A stretch of 64,000 nt of DNA, taken from positions 1-64,000 of the IMG/VR virus record IMGVR_UViG_2974795854_000001, one strand, 5' to 3'. Below, piece by piece: positions 20,149 to 30,079 of the stretch (positions are counted from its first letter, which is position 1; each line of letters opens with the position of its first letter). The notes beneath the pieces were generated by a model that had not been told where the DNA came from, ran no database searches, and worked only from the letters and a program-made list of their open reading frames with translations. The translations under genes and the position numbers were made by a program. This DNA is from a virus (lineage: Duplodnaviria > Caudoviricetes).

Positions 20149-21480
20149 TTAATCTAATATTATAGCCCCAGTCATGTATAACTGAGTATTGTTTGGTAGG
20201 TCTGTTGCTAGTACCGCTAGTGAAGTGCTTCCTCCTATCTCTCTAAAAATAAAAGTGCCATCTCCGTTTATTGTACCGTGATACTGCTGATCCTTGAAGA
20301 GGCAGGTGAACACCTGATTATACTCTAGAAGTTCTCCATCTAAAAAGTCAAAACCAGATATAGAAAGTAGCCCTGCAGTTCCTCCGGTGTCAGAAGTGGT
20401 TAGAGTCTGTATATTAATTGTAAAATTAATAACTTTTCCCATTTTTACATAAGAGCCTAAGGAAGTACGTTGGGTATATGAATACCTTCCGCCAGAGTCT
20501 CCTAGAGTTGCAGTAAAGGTTCCAGTCTCCTGAGGAGATATATCATCAAGGTATGCTATTGTACCACTTCTATCTTGAAACGAGTGAATCCTGTTTGCTG
20601 AAAGCCCATCGAAATTTAGTGTTCCAGAGAACTTAATTCCACCGGGTTTGAAGGTAAACCCCTCTAACCCAGAACCAGTACCTACTGCTGAAAAGTAGCT
20701 GTGTGTAGTGGTGGTACTATTCGTTTGCAAGGATGTCGATGGATAAATAGTAATAAGTCCATCTGATCCTAACTTACCTACTCTAAGACCGCCGGTTATG
20801 TATACAGAACTATTTGCGGTTATAAGGTCGTCTGCTATTATATTCTTTGTCCTAACTACCCCATTGAAAGTTTTTGCAGCGTTTACTGTTTGAACTGTGT
20901 CTAATGTTACGTAGTTATCTTGTTGGAAATCTATTCCATCCTCGTCGTCGTTTACCTTTAATATCCAACCTTTTCTAAATGAGTAATCATCGGGAGTATC
21001 AGTCAGGCTTAAAAACGTAGAGGTAGACTCTCCGAATGTCAATCCAGTTCCTTGGGCATTTACCAATACTGACTTTCCGGCCTGTGCCACATAAGAAGAT
21101 GGAGTATCTGATAAACTTAAAAACTTAGATATTGCCTCTCCAAATACTACCCCATCCTCGTCGTCGTTTACTATTATCGACTTACCTGACTGACCTGTAA
21201 AAGTACTGGGAGTGTCTAATAAACTTAAAAATGAGGATGCTGATTCACCGAATATTAGGCCATCTTCGTCGTCATTTACTATTAAAGTTTTTCCAGACTG
21301 GCCTTCAAAACTATTAGGTGTATCTGGCAAACCTAAGAAACTATTCCTTAAGGCTATTATATCTCCAATCAGGTAGCTTCTAGTCCTTAGGTTATCTTGG
21401 CTATCTGTTCCTATTAAATAATCTTCCGGTGAAGGAGATGCATCATAGTCGTATATCTGTGTATTTTTTATTCTTGCCAT
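20149..21480 (-). CDS. tail fibre protein with about 36-aa repeats
   Basis: 4-5 repeats FLSL.DTP.(S/T)(F/Y).GQSGK...VNDDEDG..FGE; N-terminus shared with the 21951-24686 product. Confidence 0.75.
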   Translation of the reverse strand: MARIKNTQIYDYDASPSPEDYLIGTDSQDNLRTRSYLIGDIIALRNSFLGLPDTPNSFEGQSGKTLIVNDDEDGLIFGESASSFLSLLDTPSTFTGQSGKSIIVNDDEDGVVFGEAISKFLSLSDTPSSYVAQAGKSVLVNAQGTGLTFGESTSTFLSLTDTPDDYSFRKGWILKVNDDEDGIDFQQDNYVTLDTVQTVNAAKTFNGVVRTKNIIADDLITANSSVYITGGLRVGKLGSDGLITIYPSTSLQTNSTTTTHSYFSAVGTGSGLEGFTFKPGGIKFSGTLNFDGLSANRIHSFQDRSGTIAYLDDISPQETGTFTATLGDSGGRYSYTQRTSLGSYVKMGKVINFTINIQTLTTSDTGGTAGLLSISGFDFLDGELLEYNQVFTCLFKDQQYHGTINGDGTFIFREIGGSTSLAVLATDLPNNTQLYMTGAIILD

Positions 21481-21498
21481 TAGTTTATCTATTATTAA

Positions 21499-21951
21499 TT
21501 ATGAACATAGGGCTATGCTACTAACCACTTGCCCTTGCGCACTTACTCTTATTAAATATGAACCTGTTCCTGTTGTGTACTCGAACTTAAAATAATCATT
21601 AAGTCCGTTCATTGGGAAGTTTAGGTTTGAATCGCTGTATATTATATCTCCAATCCTAGGATAACTTGCAGTGCTTCTGAAATACCTGAAAACACTTGTT
21701 GTTAAGACGCTACATGCGTTAGATAATGTACTTGTTCCTGTATTTGACATTACAATCCTAGTTGTGGTTTCCGTTGTTACATTGCTATAGTTTCTAAAGT
21801 TCAATAGGCCGTTCTTACTGCCTGCATAGCTAGAGTCAAACCCATTTGCAGACGACACCGAAAAGCACTCCTGTAAACTAGAGTTAGACGATAAGCCTAA
21901 CTCTGTTGTTACATCTTTAAGGTCAAATGTTGTTGTGTTTGGTACTGACAT
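21499..21951 (-). CDS. small tail-associated protein
   Basis: Ser/Thr-rich 150 aa ORF between two fibres; LLNFRNY and YPRIGDIIYSD motifs. Confidence 0.5.
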   Translation of the reverse strand: MSVPNTTTFDLKDVTTELGLSSNSSLQECFSVSSANGFDSSYAGSKNGLLNFRNYSNVTTETTTRIVMSNTGTSTLSNACSVLTTSVFRYFRSTASYPRIGDIIYSDSNLNFPMNGLNDYFKFEYTTGTGSYLIRVSAQGQVVSSIALCS

Positions 21952-24686
21952 TATAATAAATTATCTACTATTAAGTTTAGTTTTTCTTCTAACATTTCAA
22001 CCCTCTCTTCCAATTGAGCATTCTTAGCACAAAGTAAATCTATATACTTTACTGTCAATGACTCGGGGTCGCTTTGGTCTACGAACTCTGGGTTTGTTTC
22101 CAATAACTCTTGAGCTACAACACCCACTCTAAATACACCCTTCTCTGTGTTTAGTTCAAAAGATTTCCATTTTACATCTAGATTACTAGAGTCATAGTCT
22201 TCTATATTATTCTTTCTTCTTTTATCAGAGTTTAGTATAAAGTTAGACGCATAAGCAACACCAAGTTGGTATGTTCTACCACCAGTTGAATCTAAGAAAA
22301 TTCTTGCATTACCGTCAGATGCTATATAACATCCCCAACCTGATGGAGTTGTACCTAAATCGGTTGAGTTAAGAAAACTGGCTGCACTTTCTGAAAACCC
22401 TATTCCGTACATCGGACCTAAATCAAATTCATTAGGTGTATAAGAAGATCCTATACAGTAAATTGGATTTGTCCTATTAGCATTCGCCCCTACATTGTTA
22501 TAAGACCCTTCTAAATGACCTGAATTATGCGATAACCTCCCATACGCCCCTGTTGTTGTATAAAAATTATAATCCTGAAAAGCGGTAATACCGTTACTAG
22601 ACGCTCCTAGTATTGGATTAAAATTGTGTATTCCACTATTACCAAGTCTAATTTCACCGTTATCGAAACCATTGGTGAAGTACATAGTACCTCTGTTACC
22701 CATAATACCGTACCCGTCTACTTTTACTTGATTCGAGGCTGTTACTAAGTTTCCACTTGTACTACTCACATATAACCTAGTTCCATTAAGGTTTCCGGAT
22801 GCAAACACTTCACCATTATATGATAAATTCCCACCATCTTCTAAGATTAAGTTTTTAGCAGTTTTGTCGTTCCTGATAACTAAGCTACTATTAGTTTGAG
22901 AACCAAATCCAACATACCCTTTTCTATTGCTATCAGCATCGTAATAAGTCAAGTATATATCGGCAGCATCCCCTACTCTCGTTGGATTTTTTAACCTAAG
23001 TCCGTTTGCAGATCCATTTGTTAATATGTAATCTTGTGAAGTTATTGTAGAAGTTGCAGTAACCCTCCCTGTTACATCCAACCCTGATAATGAAAAAACA
23101 CTCTGTCCTGAAGTGGACTGATCTCCAACTGGTCTTATTACAACATTCCCATTGCTTCCGTAGTTAGAACTAAGTACAGTTGTATCACTCCCATTGTCTC
23201 TAATCTTTGTACTCTGTAAAGTAAATAACCCTGACATATTGAAGTCTCCTCCAAGTGTCAAATTACCTGTAATACCCAAAGTACCATTCATAGTATCACT
23301 AGTATCACTTCTTAAGAATTGAGCAGAGTTAAGACCCCCTAGTAAATTTGAGTCATAAGCTGTTCCTAAAGTTCCTAATTTACCGTCTAATGCCGATTGT
23401 AAATCCGTTTGATTAGATAATGTACCTGTGATTGACCCCCAGTTAATAGCCTCTGTTCCGCCTACTGGTATGTAATTAGACCCTCCCCATCTATAAAGGT
23501 TATTCTCATAAAGGTCAATGTATATTTTACCAACTTCACCTGTTACTGGGAAACTGGCGTAGTCATTGAACTCTAAAACATCATCTACGAAAGATGGTAA
23601 GTATCCTGAATCTATAAGTCCAGATGCGTTAAGGGGTGCGTATCCGTTAGATGCTCCCTTATTTGATAATAACTCGTAAGACGGGAAATTGTCTATGTCT
23701 GCTATAGTTATTTTTTTATTCTCCCAGATTGTTCCATTATGTCTTAAAACCTCTCCTGACGATACTGCTCCTAGAGTTACGTCAGAAAGTCCTGATAATG
23801 AGGTAGCTATGCTTGCCCAGTTACCATCTCCCCTAAGAAAATTATCTGAGGTAGGCGTACCTAGTGCGTTTATATCTCCAATATTTACAGACTCTAAGTA
23901 GTCTCCTAAATCTGTGATATCTGATTCTAAGTGAGTGTGTCCTAATAAAGAGTAGAATCCTGAGTAGTCTCCCTCCTCTGCTGTAACTTCTCCATCTCTA
24001 CCGAATACTCCGGTAACTAGATTGTATGAAGCTATAGAGTCGTCTACATATTTTTTAGTTGATACGTTGTAGTCTCCTGTTGGAGTATACTCTGTAGTGT
24101 TATTTTTTCCAGATAGTTCTGAGTTAAAGTCGGTTATTTCAGAAGAGTCATGCGTATGCCCTAGCAAAGAGTAGAATCCTGAGTAGTCTCCTTCTTCTGC
24201 TGTAACTTCTCCACCTCTTCCAAATACGCTATCTACATTAGAGGCATCTGCCCACACTCCGTCTCCCCTAAGGAACGTGTTTGAGTTTGCGCTCCCTGTG
24301 GTGTTTATATCAGATATGTTTACAGACTCTAAATAGTCTCCTAGATCGATTATATCACTCTCTGTGTGTGTATGTCCTAGCAAAGAGTAGAAGTCCTTGT
24401 AATCGGCTTCTTTTGCCTCTATAGCACCTGTTTGACCGAACACCGAGAACACACTACCTACACCAGATGCAGGTACTAATGCCCAAGACCCGTTTTGTCT
24501 TAGGTAAGGTTGACCATCTTTAGGTGCGTCTTTGAAATATCCATATGAAGGAAGTATCCCAAATATGGTATCTATTCTGTATGACTTAGTTATCCTACCG
24601 TCTCCTTGGTCTGACCCAACTAAAAACGACGATGATTCAGGTACGTTGTCAAATACATATACGTCGGTATTCTTTATTCTAGCCAT
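21951..24686 (-). CDS. tail fibre with C-terminal peptidase S74 intramolecular chaperone, 911 aa
   Basis: SDKRRKNNIEDY...VGVVAQEL...VKYIDLLCAKNAQLEERVEMLE; internal repeats VFGR.GEVTAEEGDY. Confidence 0.85.
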   Translation of the reverse strand: MARIKNTDVYVFDNVPESSSFLVGSDQGDGRITKSYRIDTIFGILPSYGYFKDAPKDGQPYLRQNGSWALVPASGVGSVFSVFGQTGAIEAKEADYKDFYSLLGHTHTESDIIDLGDYLESVNISDINTTGSANSNTFLRGDGVWADASNVDSVFGRGGEVTAEEGDYSGFYSLLGHTHDSSEITDFNSELSGKNNTTEYTPTGDYNVSTKKYVDDSIASYNLVTGVFGRDGEVTAEEGDYSGFYSLLGHTHLESDITDLGDYLESVNIGDINALGTPTSDNFLRGDGNWASIATSLSGLSDVTLGAVSSGEVLRHNGTIWENKKITIADIDNFPSYELLSNKGASNGYAPLNASGLIDSGYLPSFVDDVLEFNDYASFPVTGEVGKIYIDLYENNLYRWGGSNYIPVGGTEAINWGSITGTLSNQTDLQSALDGKLGTLGTAYDSNLLGGLNSAQFLRSDTSDTMNGTLGITGNLTLGGDFNMSGLFTLQSTKIRDNGSDTTVLSSNYGSNGNVVIRPVGDQSTSGQSVFSLSGLDVTGRVTATSTITSQDYILTNGSANGLRLKNPTRVGDAADIYLTYYDADSNRKGYVGFGSQTNSSLVIRNDKTAKNLILEDGGNLSYNGEVFASGNLNGTRLYVSSTSGNLVTASNQVKVDGYGIMGNRGTMYFTNGFDNGEIRLGNSGIHNFNPILGASSNGITAFQDYNFYTTTGAYGRLSHNSGHLEGSYNNVGANANRTNPIYCIGSSYTPNEFDLGPMYGIGFSESAASFLNSTDLGTTPSGWGCYIASDGNARIFLDSTGGRTYQLGVAYASNFILNSDKRRKNNIEDYDSSNLDVKWKSFELNTEKGVFRVGVVAQELLETNPEFVDQSDPESLTVKYIDLLCAKNAQLEERVEMLEEKLNLIVDNLL

Positions 24687-25286
24687 CTATAATTTCCATG
24701 TTTTTCCAATCCAAGCTCTTCCTTCTGTATCGTAAGATATTGAGATTGTGTTTCCTTTCTTATTTGTGTAAAGTAGATTACCTTTTACTACCGGAGTAGT
24801 TGTCAATGGCTCTATTGTAGATACTCCTACTTCTGTACCTATTGAAAAGTACCTCTTAGCTTCTATAGGTATCTTTACTTCGGTCTCTACGTAATATGGG
24901 TTAGTCTTATATTTTACAGACTGCCCTAGTATCTCTCCCCTCGTCTTAGTGTACACTTCAATAGTTTGTAATGAGTCTATGAACTTTTCTGAGTATTCAT
25001 TTATCTCTATGGCCTCTTTGAACAGCTCTAACTTACTTACGCTATCTTTTAAAGATATATACTTCTCGTAGTAGGTAGAATCTATCTCAACTACCGTAGT
25101 GTTTATTTTAACGGGCTTCACCTCCTCGAAGGAGCCCTCTACGGACGGTACTAAGACCTTTACTTCTTTTTCTATATATTCTATATCACTTTTTCTATTG
25201 CACTCCGTAAATAGCAGCATAGAGCTTATTATAGCAATTGCCCATGGTATTAAATTTACGGTTATTTCCGTGTTACCTATTTTCAT
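24687..25286 (-). CDS. membrane-anchored lysis-cassette protein (spanin-like)
   Basis: N-terminal hydrophobic segment ending in Cys (AIISSMLLFTEC), immediately downstream of the endolysin. Confidence 0.45.
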   Translation of the reverse strand: MKIGNTEITVNLIPWAIAIISSMLLFTECNRKSDIEYIEKEVKVLVPSVEGSFEEVKPVKINTTVVEIDSTYYEKYISLKDSVSKLELFKEAIEINEYSEKFIDSLQTIEVYTKTRGEILGQSVKYKTNPYYVETEVKIPIEAKRYFSIGTEVGVSTIEPLTTTPVVKGNLLYTNKKGNTISISYDTEGRAWIGKTWKL

Positions 25287-25899
25287 TTATATAGTTTAAA
25301 ATTCCTGTGTAAATCCTAGACCCTAAATCCGCTTGGAATCTTGGGTCTTTCAAGTTCTTGAAGTCTTTCTCGTTATCGAAGAAACCACACTCCACTAAAA
25401 CCGCAGGGCAGTTAGTTTCTCTTATTACTTTGAAGTTGGCCTCCTTGTCTTTATCTTTATCCGATAAGTCGTACCTAAGTTTCATACTCACGTCTTTAAT
25501 AGACACCTCTGCCGAGTCTGCTATCAATTCTGCTAGTCTATCACTTTTAGTAGTTCCCTTGGTTGTGTATATCTCAAACCCTTCTCCTTTGTGTGATGCA
25601 GATGCGTTACAATGAATGGATATGAATACAGTCTCCTTAGAGTTGTACTTATTTGTAATCCTAACTCTCTCGCTTAATGATACGTCTTTAGGATCCTCTG
25701 GTGATACTGTAAATATTACATTTATGCCGCTTTCACCCTCTAGGCATCTAGCGACCTCTTTAGCTATAGCCCTATTAAGAACTCCTTCATAGGCCACCTC
25801 TCCGTTAGGGAATTTATACATCTTAGCCGGAGCTGTTGTGTACTTCCCACTTCTGTCTATCCCTCCATGTCCGGGGTCTAATACTACGTTCTTTATCAT
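25273..25899 (-). CDS. endolysin, N-acetylmuramoyl-L-alanine amidase (Amidase_3)
   Basis: VVLDPGHGG, E..LN, FISIHCNA, GFEIYT, PAVLVECGFFDN. Confidence 0.93.
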   Translation of the reverse strand: MIKNVVLDPGHGGIDRSGKYTTAPAKMYKFPNGEVAYEGVLNRAIAKEVARCLEGESGINVIFTVSPEDPKDVSLSERVRITNKYNSKETVFISIHCNASASHKGEGFEIYTTKGTTKSDRLAELIADSAEVSIKDVSMKLRYDLSDKDKDKEANFKVIRETNCPAVLVECGFFDNEKDFKNLKDPRFQADLGSRIYTGILNYINENR

Positions 25900-25908
25900 C
25901 TTTCTTTT

Positions 25909-26304
25909 TTATATGTGGTCGTTTATCTTTCCAAACTTCTTTTCATAAAAGTGCAATCTCTTACTTTGCTTTTCTATAAATCCTTTTTGCTCTAGTACCA
26001 AGTTATTAAGTTCTTCTATCTTACCTTCTAATCTAGAAAGAGATTCTGCGAAGCTGTCTTGTAAATCTATTATGGTAGCCTTGTGACGGGTAACCATATC
26101 ATCTAGTAGGCCCCTATAAATATTGATCTCGTGCTCTACATTTTTTAGTTGCATGCTTTCTAAATCTTCTTTACTGGCGTCTATGGATACAGTATTACTC
26201 TTCCTACTGAAAGAGCTTTGTATCATGTCTTTGTTAAGGGCTATTATCGTAGAGACTAATCCCAGTACTCCAATACCTATTTTTTCTATTACTTCAAATT
26301 CCAT
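25909..26304 (-). CDS. holin-like protein (single TM plus coiled coil)
   Basis: N-terminal TM IGIGVLGLVSTIIAL; directly upstream of the amidase. Confidence 0.5.
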   Translation of the reverse strand: MEFEVIEKIGIGVLGLVSTIIALNKDMIQSSFSRKSNTVSIDASKEDLESMQLKNVEHEINIYRGLLDDMVTRHKATIIDLQDSFAESLSRLEGKIEELNNLVLEQKGFIEKQSKRLHFYEKKFGKINDHI

Positions 26305-26669
26305 TACTTTATTTGGGGTTTATGTAGGTGAGCGTAAAAAACGCAATCTTCTTCGGCGTACAGTATGTGACATTGTCCTATAGGTATTATCAGCCTCCCA
26401 AAATTCTTTAATTCTAGGCCTGTGACCAATTCTCTTAACACTCCGCTGTAAACTACTAACTCCTCTATGCAATCATGGTGGTGAGACTCGACTATTTTAC
26501 CTGCCTTTAACTCACCTCTAAAGAATAATGTGTCATCCATGCTTGGCAACCTTTCTGTAAAAAGTCCGCTTACCAATTCTATCCTCTTTCCGGTTGTATG
26601 GGTACTAGCTACATCGTATGTAATTAAACTGTCTTCTTTTTGTTTAAGTTTAGCTATCAATGTATTCAT
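26304..26669 (-). CDS. cupin-fold protein
   Basis: HHHDCIEELVVYSG...IPIGQCH cupin motifs. Confidence 0.65.
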   Translation of the reverse strand: MNTLIAKLKQKEDSLITYDVASTHTTGKRIELVSGLFTERLPSMDDTLFFRGELKAGKIVESHHHDCIEELVVYSGVLRELVTGLELKNFGRLIIPIGQCHILYAEEDCVFYAHLHKPQIK

Positions 26670-26672
26670 TAA

Positions 26673-26948
26673 TTATTTTTTCTTACGTCCGCCTTCTCCT
26701 TTTCTACCTCTATTCGTAGAAGAAGGAACAAACTTCCCTACCGCATGATCGTAGTCTTTTCCAGAAATATTCTTGCCGGACTTTTTAGCAGCATATCTCT
26801 TCGACCCTGATTCAGATCTTTTCTTTTTCTGTTCTGGTCTTGCGTTTATTTTTTTATCTGTAGATGCTTTTTTCTTTCTAGCTGTAGGATTCTCCCTATA
26901 AAATTTAGCTGATTTACTTAAAGCGCCCTTCTTTTTTGGTGGTGCCAT
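26673..26948 (-). CDS. small basic protein with degenerate HNH-like motif
   Basis: Likely start MAPPKKKG at 26948; KDYDHAVGKFV.SSTNRG. Confidence 0.5.
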   Translation of the reverse strand: MAPPKKKGALSKSAKFYRENPTARKKKASTDKKINARPEQKKKRSESGSKRYAAKKSGKNISGKDYDHAVGKFVPSSTNRGRKGEGGRKKK

Positions 26949-27045
26949 ATTTATATAAATTTTAATGTAAAGGTACAAAAAAAGGGAGGAACATAAATGA
27001 ACCCCCCTTGTCTCTAGTTAACCTCCTTTCTAAAATAGGTTTATC

Positions 27046-27525
27046 TTACTCAAAACTTCTAACTATTGTTAGGAACAAACTGTCTTTAACTCTCTGAGCT
27101 AGAGGAAGTTCCCCGTATGCAACTAAACAGTTGTGTTCTTTTTTCTCGATATCTTTAGTCTCTCCGTATACCCAACCATCTTCTATCTTAAACGCAAGCC
27201 AGTTGTCGTGCATAGATTTTGACGTTGCTTTTGGATTAGCTAGTGCGAACTTAACGCCGTCTATAGCAGAGTTTTTAATATTGTCTGGCACTTCCTCCCA
27301 AGGGGCTTGTGACATATCATTATGACCCTCGCAATACGCTCGGTTCACCTCGTGACACGTTTTTGCGATATTACTTAGTCTGTCACTTTCTAACTTCTCC
27401 GGAGTGTTGTCTACCTCCTTTAGTTTAGCTTTGTGGCTAGCCTCTGCCTTAGCTTTTGCCTTCGTTGCTGCTGTTTCCTTTGTCGCTGCTGTTGTTTTTG
27501 CTTTACTACTTTTTCCTGTTGCCAT
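27046..27525 (-). CDS. RyR-domain protein
   Basis: HDNWLAFKIEDGWVYGETKDIEKKEHNCLVAYGELP...KD matches the RyR repeat pattern. Confidence 0.8.
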   Translation of the reverse strand: MATGKSSKAKTTAATKETAATKAKAKAEASHKAKLKEVDNTPEKLESDRLSNIAKTCHEVNRAYCEGHNDMSQAPWEEVPDNIKNSAIDGVKFALANPKATSKSMHDNWLAFKIEDGWVYGETKDIEKKEHNCLVAYGELPLAQRVKDSLFLTIVRSFE

Positions 27526-27526
27526 A

Positions 27527-28108
27527 CTACTTGTTTTTTACTTTGTCGTTAAATAATTTGAAAAGTCCTATTAACCCTTCGTCTGCTTTTTTGTTACTCC
27601 TCACTATCACATTTCTCCTAGCGCTCATTGGAATCTCCTCCTCCAACATGAACATCTTGTGGCACCTCTTCATTAGCTCGTTTCCCTTGTGGCTCAATAC
27701 GAAGTACTTTATTCTCTCAGATTTGGCCCACTCTATTATCCAACCATCTTTACGTAATTTTCCGAACTGAGTATAATCACTTATTCCCATCTCTTTAATA
27801 GCGTCTTTAAATTGTTGGACTGTAAATATCTGTAGTGGATATATGTAGAAGAGTATACCTATCTGCCTATCTGTCAGGTTGTGGTTTCTTTTGGCCCACT
27901 CCCTTACCATATAAGAGTATTGTAAGAAGTTGTAATCTAAATTAGCAACCCTTACCTTCTTCTTATAATCCTTCTGCTTCTTTAATGCCATCCTTTTAAA
28001 TAAGATATCTTCTGTTATCCTCTCATGGACGAAGCCTTCGTGCTCCCTTCTTTTAATTAGTTTGTCATCCATTGTAGTAAAGGTAAGTAATTTACCTGAC
28101 ATATACAA
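27527..28108 (-). CDS. winged-helix (MarR-like) protein
   Basis: LTDRQIGILFYI...LRKDGWI...FVLSHKG. Confidence 0.5.
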   Translation of the reverse strand: MYMSGKLLTFTTMDDKLIKRREHEGFVHERITEDILFKRMALKKQKDYKKKVRVANLDYNFLQYSYMVREWAKRNHNLTDRQIGILFYIYPLQIFTVQQFKDAIKEMGISDYTQFGKLRKDGWIIEWAKSERIKYFVLSHKGNELMKRCHKMFMLEEEIPMSARRNVIVRSNKKADEGLIGLFKLFNDKVKNK

Positions 28109-28166
28109 ATGAAAAAAGAGCTAAAGCTTTTGGCCTTAACTCTTTGGTTGGTTGGTGTTTATGTTA

Positions 28167-28709
28167 TTACGATCCTTCTGTAGACACTACTGTATATACA
28201 TCGTCTAGCTTAGTGATAGTCCAAACAAATGCGTCGAAAGGTGTGAACCCTCTTAGAGTCAACTCTGTTAAAGTGCCATCTCCTGCGTTAACGTCGGCTG
28301 TCTGTGCTACCTTGTCTTCCATCTTCTCGATGAAGTTTACAAGCGCTAATACTGACCTTGTGTTAAAGTCGAAAGTACCTCCGGTAGCCCTAACTAAACT
28401 TACAGGACGTCTTGTAGTCAATGCAGATCTACCGCTAGCTCCTGATTGAATTGTTTCTTCTTCTACGAAAGTACATGTAAATGTAGTTCCTGAGTCTGCT
28501 ACCACTACAGTCCACTTAGATGCACTGTAAGGAGAGTTACCTTTTGATATTAAGTCAGAGTATGTTCCGTCTGCGGTACCGTTTGCTTGTAGTTTTGAAA
28601 CTAATAATGCTGCTCCTTTAAGAGCGTCAGTTGAACAAGCTGCGTTTTCTGCAGGGAATAAAATATCTACTTTAGGTAAGTACGATAATGCTGCTATTCC
28701 TTTTCCCAT
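28167..28709 (-). CDS. hypothetical protein (possibly structural)
   Basis: 180 aa ORF with its own -7 element (28740-28747) and a downstream hairpin (28114-28145). Confidence 0.6.
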   Translation of the reverse strand: MGKGIAALSYLPKVDILFPAENAACSTDALKGAALLVSKLQANGTADGTYSDLISKGNSPYSASKWTVVVADSGTTFTCTFVEEETIQSGASGRSALTTRRPVSLVRATGGTFDFNTRSVLALVNFIEKMEDKVAQTADVNAGDGTLTELTLRGFTPFDAFVWTITKLDDVYTVVSTEGS

Positions 28710-28758
28710 TGTTTGTGTTGTTTATAATTTGTTACACTACAAAGATAACCCTTTTATT

Positions 28759-28941
28759 TTACTGTTCTTGACCCCCCCTTTTCACCAACATTTTTATTTT
28801 TGTACAATGCCTAGCGAAGCTCTTTACTTCACAAGCGCTCACGAAATCTAAGTTATCTAAATACTCTTTCTTAAGGATGTTCAACTCCCTAGGACTCTTG
28901 TCGATTAAATTCTCTATATTAACTCTCATATTAATTTTCAT
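28759..28941 (-). CDS. small hypothetical protein, UVR-domain-like
   Basis: ELNILKKEYLDNLDFVSACEVK resembles the UvrB/C coiled-coil motif; overlaps the recombinase stop. Confidence 0.35.
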   Translation of the reverse strand: MKINMRVNIENLIDKSPRELNILKKEYLDNLDFVSACEVKSFARHCTKIKMLVKRGGQEQ

Positions 28942-29644
28942 ATAATTTGATTAAGTTGCTTACTTGTATTGGGTAAAATTTATTTCCTCTAGATGTTTCA
29001 AATCCGTTTTTATTAAGGTAATCTGCTATTTGCTTTAAAGTACTCTTGTTAGACTTCATTCTAGATGCCATAGCGTACGCTCTACGGTTGTTCTCGTTAG
29101 CAATGGCCTTTGCCTTTCTAATTACTTTAGAGCGCTCTCTGGCCATATCAGAGAGATTCTGAGGGTTGCCTAAAGAAGTGATTCGATCACCGGCTTTAGT
29201 AATATGGTACCCGTCAGATTCTATATTGGCCTTTATCTGACCTAAGGCGTCTTTTACCCTTCTCTGAGTTTTATCTTTTTCTTCCTTAGCAATTAAGAAC
29301 TTGATGTTTTTAGAAAACTCGCTATCGTGAGGTGAATCGGCTTCTATAAAAGGTACACCCTTCTCCTCTAGCTTTGCTATGGTCATAAACCCTGCTCTAG
29401 ATAATCTATCTATGCGGTGAACCAATAATACCGCAGAGTGTTTCTTACAAAGCTCTAATGCCTTATCAAATCCTTCTCGAACTTGGGCCCCACCCGAGAT
29501 TATCTCGCTAACCTCTTCTACTATAGTTCCGCCGTAAGACTTAACAAACGCCTCTACAGAACTCTTTTGAACTTCTAACCCTATTCCATCTCTTTGGCTT
29601 TCTGTCGACGCCCTGTAGTATGCTACGTATTTCTTATTATCCAT
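28931..29644 (-). CDS. serine recombinase (resolvase catalytic domain plus short recombinase C-terminal domain)
   Basis: YVAYYRASTESQ (catalytic Ser), LLVHRIDRLSR, C-terminal TLKQIADYLNKNGFETSRG; likely start MDNKK at 29644. Confidence 0.9.
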   Translation of the reverse strand: MDNKKYVAYYRASTESQRDGIGLEVQKSSVEAFVKSYGGTIVEEVSEIISGGAQVREGFDKALELCKKHSAVLLVHRIDRLSRAGFMTIAKLEEKGVPFIEADSPHDSEFSKNIKFLIAKEEKDKTQRRVKDALGQIKANIESDGYHITKAGDRITSLGNPQNLSDMARERSKVIRKAKAIANENNRRAYAMASRMKSNKSTLKQIADYLNKNGFETSRGNKFYPIQVSNLIKLYEN

Positions 29645-29672
29645 CTCTATTAATTTTTGATTGTTGTTTTGA

Positions 29673-29903
29673 TTACTTAGTGGCACTCTCTACAGAAACT
29701 ACTTGTGAGTAGTATCTAGTTACTTTTATTTCTTTTCCTTGTCTATCAGGATATCCTATGGTGGCCATCTTATTACCTAGTTTTAATATAGTACCTTCTT
29801 TAAGGAGGCTGTACCTCGGTACAACAAATACTACTCTATCTCCAACCTCTAATTCTACACTTATAAAATCTTTCATAATACAAATTGTTTTCGTTTTGCT
29901 CAT
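29673..29903 (-). CDS. hypothetical SH3-like small protein
   Basis: LEVGDRVVF...EGTILKLG; -7 element TATCTTTG at 29906-29913 abuts the start. Confidence 0.55.
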   Translation of the reverse strand: MSKTKTICIMKDFISVELEVGDRVVFVVPRYSLLKEGTILKLGNKMATIGYPDRQGKEIKVTRYYSQVVSVESATK

Positions 29904-30040
29904 TACAAAGATAGTACATAAAGTCTGTTAAACCTAATTTATTTTCAATTATTTTTAATTTATTTTATAAGTCATTGATTATTAACGTTTTACATAATTA
30001 AGTTATTTGGAGGGGTAAAAAAGTATAAAATATTTATTTG

Positions 30041-30076
30041 TATATTTGCATACACGCTTTATTTTTATTATATTTA
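30041..30076 (+). promoter_or_regulatory. tandem -7 promoter elements (TATATTTG 30041, TATATTTA 30069)
   Basis: Bacteroidetes TAnnTTTG consensus facing a 600-nt plus-strand region that ends at the 30657 terminator. Confidence 0.55.
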
Positions 30077-30079
30077 CAA

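Noticed and set aside
20149-24686. Diversity-generating retroelement or shufflon acting on the tail fibres
   Set aside because: No reverse transcriptase, no TR/VR pair differing at adenines, and no inverted-repeat-flanked cassettes seen
28931-29644. IS607-type transposon or prophage integrase
   Set aside because: No N-terminal HTH, no TnpB neighbour, no large C-terminal zinc-ribbon/coiled-coil domain, and no repressor or att context in the window
2250-29903. Stop-codon reassignment (TAG/TGA) as in some crAss-like phages
   Set aside because: Late genes are full length and densely packed in code 11, and there is no suppressor (CTA/TCA) tRNA among those identified
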